DNA of 64,000 nt. It comes from Klebsormidium nitens. Lineage: Eukaryota > Plantae > Klebsormidiophyceae. Each line of letters starts with the position of its first letter. Position 1 is the stretch's first letter. The notes under the pieces were generated by a model. It ran no database searches. It was not told where the DNA came from and saw nothing but the letters and a program-made list of their open reading frames with translations. Shown here piece after piece: positions 59,836 to 64,000 of the stretch. The position numbers and the translations under genes were made by a program. Location of the stretch: the NCBI GenBank assembly GCA_000708835.1, contig DF237059.1, forward strand, positions 124,001 through 188,000, read 5' to 3'.

Positions 59836-62800
59836 TCAAGGCTCATGCCTGGACGCCTGGCTGCCCCCTTCATCTTCCGATTCCGCGCCCGCATCGGCTG
59901 CCGCGTCTGCGGGCACCCCTCGAAGTTCGCCAGTGTGTCGACTCCTCAGCTTTGCTTTCAGACTTTGCTGCCTAGCTTTCAGATCGCCCATCTCTCCCTC
60001 CCCGCCGATACTAACCCGATACCCGTTCGACGCTTCTGGATCGTACCCCCACTCGTCGTCAGCACTCATCTCATACCCGGTCGGCAGTTCCGGACCGCCC
60101 GCAACCCCGTCCGTGGTCCCAGTGGCTGGAGCACCGTCCGAATCTTGCCACGTCTCAGCATCTTGGAGGTCCACGTGGGCCTGCTTGTACATGGCGGCGA
60201 GCGTGCTGGATTGGTCCACGTAGAGGGCCTTGTGGTGCTGGAGCTGCTTCCGCAGTTGGGCGTGGACTGCGTACATGTACGGCTCCTCGGGATAACTGGT
60301 GAAAAGAAAAATGTAAGTTCCCGTTTAGAAAGGAAGCAAGCTTCCGCAGGTAGGGCTTTGATGTATTGCCGAGCTTCTGAGAGACTCCGACAATCTAAGA
60401 GTTGAGAGTTCGCGGATTGCGGGTAGCAGGACTCCCTAAGAATCAGGTGTCAGTTCTGTGACTCATGCAAGGACTCTGCGGACAAAAGGCCTAACAAATC
60501 GGGACCTTCTACGGGCACATGAAGGCAGCAACTGCATGAAGGCTTCCGAGCGGTCTGCAAGAGGTCAAGATAATGAGCACGCTGCACGAGGACCACTTTC
60601 TGTGCTGACAACAGAGGAGCCGCTTGAATCTAACACATCCGTTTCACGCGTTGCAAGCGACAGAAGGCCCAGATCCTTGCACGCCGCTCGCTCAGGAGCG
60701 GCATGAGGTTACTAAACGACAACAAAAATATGGTCCTGCGGCGCCACGTGGCAGCCCACCTGCTCGCCACGTTGACCAGGTACGCCAGCGTGGCCTTATT
60801 CACGACGACGCCCACGTCCTGGATGTCGCCAATCACCTCCACGGCACGTGCGACCTGGTAAGAGGCAAGTATGTTCGTTACCATACGACTTCGCTGCATC
60901 TTTCACCTTGTATAACTTCTTCTGGTAAATGACTTCGTCAGGAAACCTCCGAGTGGAATCGCTTATGTGGGTTGAAGCACAAAGACGCAGCTGATCGACG
61001 GTGACATTCTGAACGTCAGCGGAGTCAGATTGCGGGCGATTAAGATGTTGGTGTGCGGAAATCATACGCAAGGAATTTGTGCTGGTCACGCTTCTCGCGT
61101 CCGATAGCTTGGTCCCCCAAATCAAAGGCAAGAAGTCCTCTGCAAATCGATCAGAGGCACTTCCACGCATTTTCCTGATCAAAGCACATTTAGAGACACA
61201 GAACAGGGCCAGGCAAGGACAAAGGGAGAGATGCAACGAACAGAAAGCGGACCCAACTCACCAGCCCCGCCCCGCAGCAGCCCTCGATGAGCGCCTCGTA
61301 CCCGAGTGCCGGGATCTTGGCCAGCGGATTCCGGTAGTTGGTCACCCACCGGAATCCGCCCGTCTGCTTCAGGCGCGCGAGCTCCGCCACGGCCTTGGCC
61401 TTCACCTGGTCGTACAACTCGAGCGCCATGGAGAGGCGCCCGGTTCGGGCACAACCGGCCACCAAATGCCCCAGAGAAGCGACCGGTAGACGCACCCCGT
61501 GGTCCTCCATGTACTCGACGACGCGCACTGCCCGTCCGACCTGGCGGGATAGGCATTTGGTGAGGAGGCGAACGGTGTTCCGAAAACCGACTTCTAAGCA
61601 AGGGACAATCGGTATCAGATTCTCAGATTTGGAATTGAGGGTCTGAAAATGGATAACGTAATAAGAGTTTCAGGGTCTGAGAATTGTTGGAAGATGGCGG
61701 AATGAGACCTGGAAAGGGTGCATATTTGTAGAGATGCGATGCAGAAGTTCCCGCATAAGCTTCGACTCCTTTAGCCGGTTCCCTTCGCCTTTTACAACGA
61801 GGCCGGTTGCGGGCTGAGCCCAATCTGAGAGCGTCAAGCGACCACTGTATAGCAGATGGCAACGCATCGTGAGACTGGACAGCAGAAGGAAAAGAAAAGC
61901 ACCCACCTGTCCCGCAATGCACAGCGCCGAGACGAGCTTCCCGTACGGCTTCTGATCCGAGTTCCATTCTCGCGACACCAGCTCCTTATGGAACTGGTAA
62001 GCGGGTTCTACTTGGCCGTCCCGCGCGAGACCTTCGATGAGAATGAGCAGCGAGCGGCGGTTCGGCTCGACGCCCATGCTGCGGCAGAGGGACAGCACGC
62101 GCACGGCGCGGTCCACGTTGCGGGTGCCGTCGGAGGAGCAGAGCGCGAGCATCAGGCTGTAAAGGAAACAGGAAGCGCAAGAGAAAGTCAGTCGTTTGCT
62201 TACATCTCGCGAGCATGAGGCTGCGGGGCGGTAATGGAGGGCCAAGTATTTTCATTCCTTCCTCATACGAGTACGCGTTTTTTGGATGTCGTCAAAAGCC
62301 TTCTATAACGAAACGAGTGCTTTTTCCAGTCGAGAAGAGAAAGGAAGAGAGGGCAGTAAGTTGGTCAAGAAACGGTACACCGCACAAAGCAGACTGGAGG
62401 TTGACTCAATGGCGACAGTGCATTTGAAACATCTCGGAAGCCCGCCCAACGGCATTTCGCAAGCATGCAGTAAATCGAGAATGGCAACGACATCAGGAAC
62501 TCTGAGCGCACCTGTTAAAGGACCCGACAGTGACCGCGTTGTGCTTCCGGACGGTCTCCTTGAAGACGTCGAGCGCTTCCTCGATCTTCCCTGCTCGGCT
62601 GCATACCTGCACCAGGCACCCTGAACATTTCAATATTGGACAAGGCCGATGATTTATGATATAGTCGCTGTTTTGAAGCCTTGGAGGTGACGACAGGGGT
62701 GAAACATATCATTCATAGACTAGAACGGTCAACCGTAAGGCATTGCGTCTGCTTTGCGCTTGCACGACTCAAAAGCAGGCTGTACGCTTAGTGATAAAAG

Positions 62801-63497
62801 ATATGCACTCCAGGTGCGATTAACGCCGAATCTCCACGGAGCCTTCGTGGGGCCCGTGCAAGAGATTTTCCACTGAAAGCCCCTCCAATAGTTGTGCCCG
62901 TCTTCTTATCAACGTGTACCTTTTCAATTTCGGGAAGTTTTCCTCGCTGTTGACGTGAATGACCCACTTTGACCTGCCCATGTTTGCCGACATCCCTTCT
63001 TTTTCTTTCGAGATGTCCTGGTCCAGCGCTTGCAAGTCCTTTATGCCCTCAGACCTTCTGAGCGGAGATGCCCAGTTGTGACTTTCTCAAGGAATCAAGG
63101 CAAAATACATTGCACGGCCTCTTTATCCTGCCTGCTGACAAGCCAATCTAGTCGCCAACGCCGATGGGCGCAGGGCCAGTGATCTTTGTCCCACGTCTTA
63201 CGCCGATAGGCGTACTTTCATAAGCAGGTCGTAGCAGGTGTTTGTGGGCTCAATCCCGTTTTTCCAAAGTATCTTCTTATCCACCTCGCCAATAGAAGTT
63301 TCAGGGCCAGCGACCTTATCCCACGGTTTCGCAGAGAAACGTACCTTGATAAGGAGATCATAGCAGGTGTCATTGGGCTCGATTCCGTTCTCCCACATGT
63401 ACCGCCACAGCTTGAACGCCTGCTCCGAGTCTGCCCGCACAGCGCACGCGCCCAGAAGCGCGGCAAACGAGTCGGCCGTCGGCAAGATGCGGTCATT
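59836..63497 (-). CDS. Pentatricopeptide repeat (PPR) protein, 3' part; the 5' exons lie beyond or at the window edge
   Basis: Exons 63497-63345, 62606-62512, 62156-61907, 61540-61262, 60854-60760 and 60295-59836 join in frame. PPR motifs: SFAALLGACAVRADSEQAFKLWRYMWENGIEPND; TCYDLLIK|VCSRAGKIEEALDVF; RSMGVEPNRRSLLILIEGLARDGQVEPAYQF; GYEALIEGCCGAGL|VARAVEV. Acidic C-terminal tail. Confidence 0.88.
63211..63400 (-). repeat. 129-bp-spaced duplication of a PPR exon end plus 5' splice site
   Basis: WENGIEPNDTCYDLLIK|gtacgt (donor after 63345) is repeated in frame as WKNGIEPTNTCYDLLMK|gtacgc (donor after 63216). Confidence 0.88.
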
Positions 63498-64000
63498 CTG
63501 AGGGGAAAAAGAAACAGTCAGAAAGTCTGTTACTGTGGAGTTGCCAGGAATATTGGAGGTAGTGAAAAAGGTGATTCCGTACAAAGAAAGCAGACTGGTA
63601 GCGAGTAGAGGAAAACTGGCCTTCAGGAAGTTGCGAGTCTGTCTCGGCAAACTGTCAACGGGGTCGCAATGTTTGAAAGGGTTTGACACATGCCCCACCA
63701 AAATAGAAAATGGAGAGTGCGTTCTCTACATCGTGTCAGCGCCTCTTCACAGCATGCCGATTCCAAAACAGAACCTGACACAGGCCCAACAACCCGAAAG
63801 AAAAACCAAAGAAAGAAGATTTGATGAGGCAAGGAACTCGTAACCAAAGCCGAGGAGAGTAAGACAGCAGAGACAAATTCAAAATGCGAAACCGCAACAT
63901 TTATCAATACTTCCATCCGCCTGCCATCACCAGAAAATACAATCTGCGGACCAGCCGCCTACAGCAAAGTGGGTTGCAAGGAGTTTCGGAAAAACAAGAA

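Noticed and set aside
1-64000. tRNA, rRNA, snRNA, CRISPR arrays, telomeric arrays or an intact transposase/RT
   Set aside because: No diagnostic sequence was seen by eye. The TPC1 intron repeat has a constant core with variable spacers but is explained by exon-junction duplication, and there are no cas genes in this eukaryotic DNA.

Overview
Intron-rich eukaryotic nuclear DNA with GT-AG introns. The gene content (PPD1, a plant-type TPC1, EG16, a PPR protein, a plant GT23-like fucosyltransferase) points to a streptophyte alga, probably Klebsormidium-like; this is inference only. By hand I could reconstruct about 13 apparently intact protein-coding genes: a secreted EG16/GH16 endoglucanase, a TPR-SET methyltransferase, a BTB protein, a CIB-type EF-hand protein, an orphan ORF, an F-box/LRR protein, a hydrophilic protein with a Gly-rich tail, TPC1, a double-MYND protein, an FtsH/M41-like HEAGH protein, a GT23-like fucosyltransferase, PPD1 and a 5'-truncated PPR gene. 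There are also two frameshifted local paralogs (MYND copy 2 and EG16 copy 2) and a decayed zone at about 45.7-51.2 kb. Main oddities: (1) tandem duplications of about 130-180 bp that copy splice junctions in three unrelated genes, including five stacked acceptors in a TPC1 intron and an in-frame second donor in the PPR gene; (2) a TPC1 with a non-canonical second selectivity filter (CQAS instead of VMGN); (3) an orphan C5 DNA-methyltransferase motif-X relic at the start of an intron of the SET gene; (4) a signal-peptide-bearing EG16 pair whose second copy has a 1-nt deletion inside the catalytic DEIDFE motif; (5) an animal-type CIB calcium sensor. No rRNA, tRNA or CRISPR features were seen. 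All exon models and family calls come from manual reading and recalled motifs, not from database searches.
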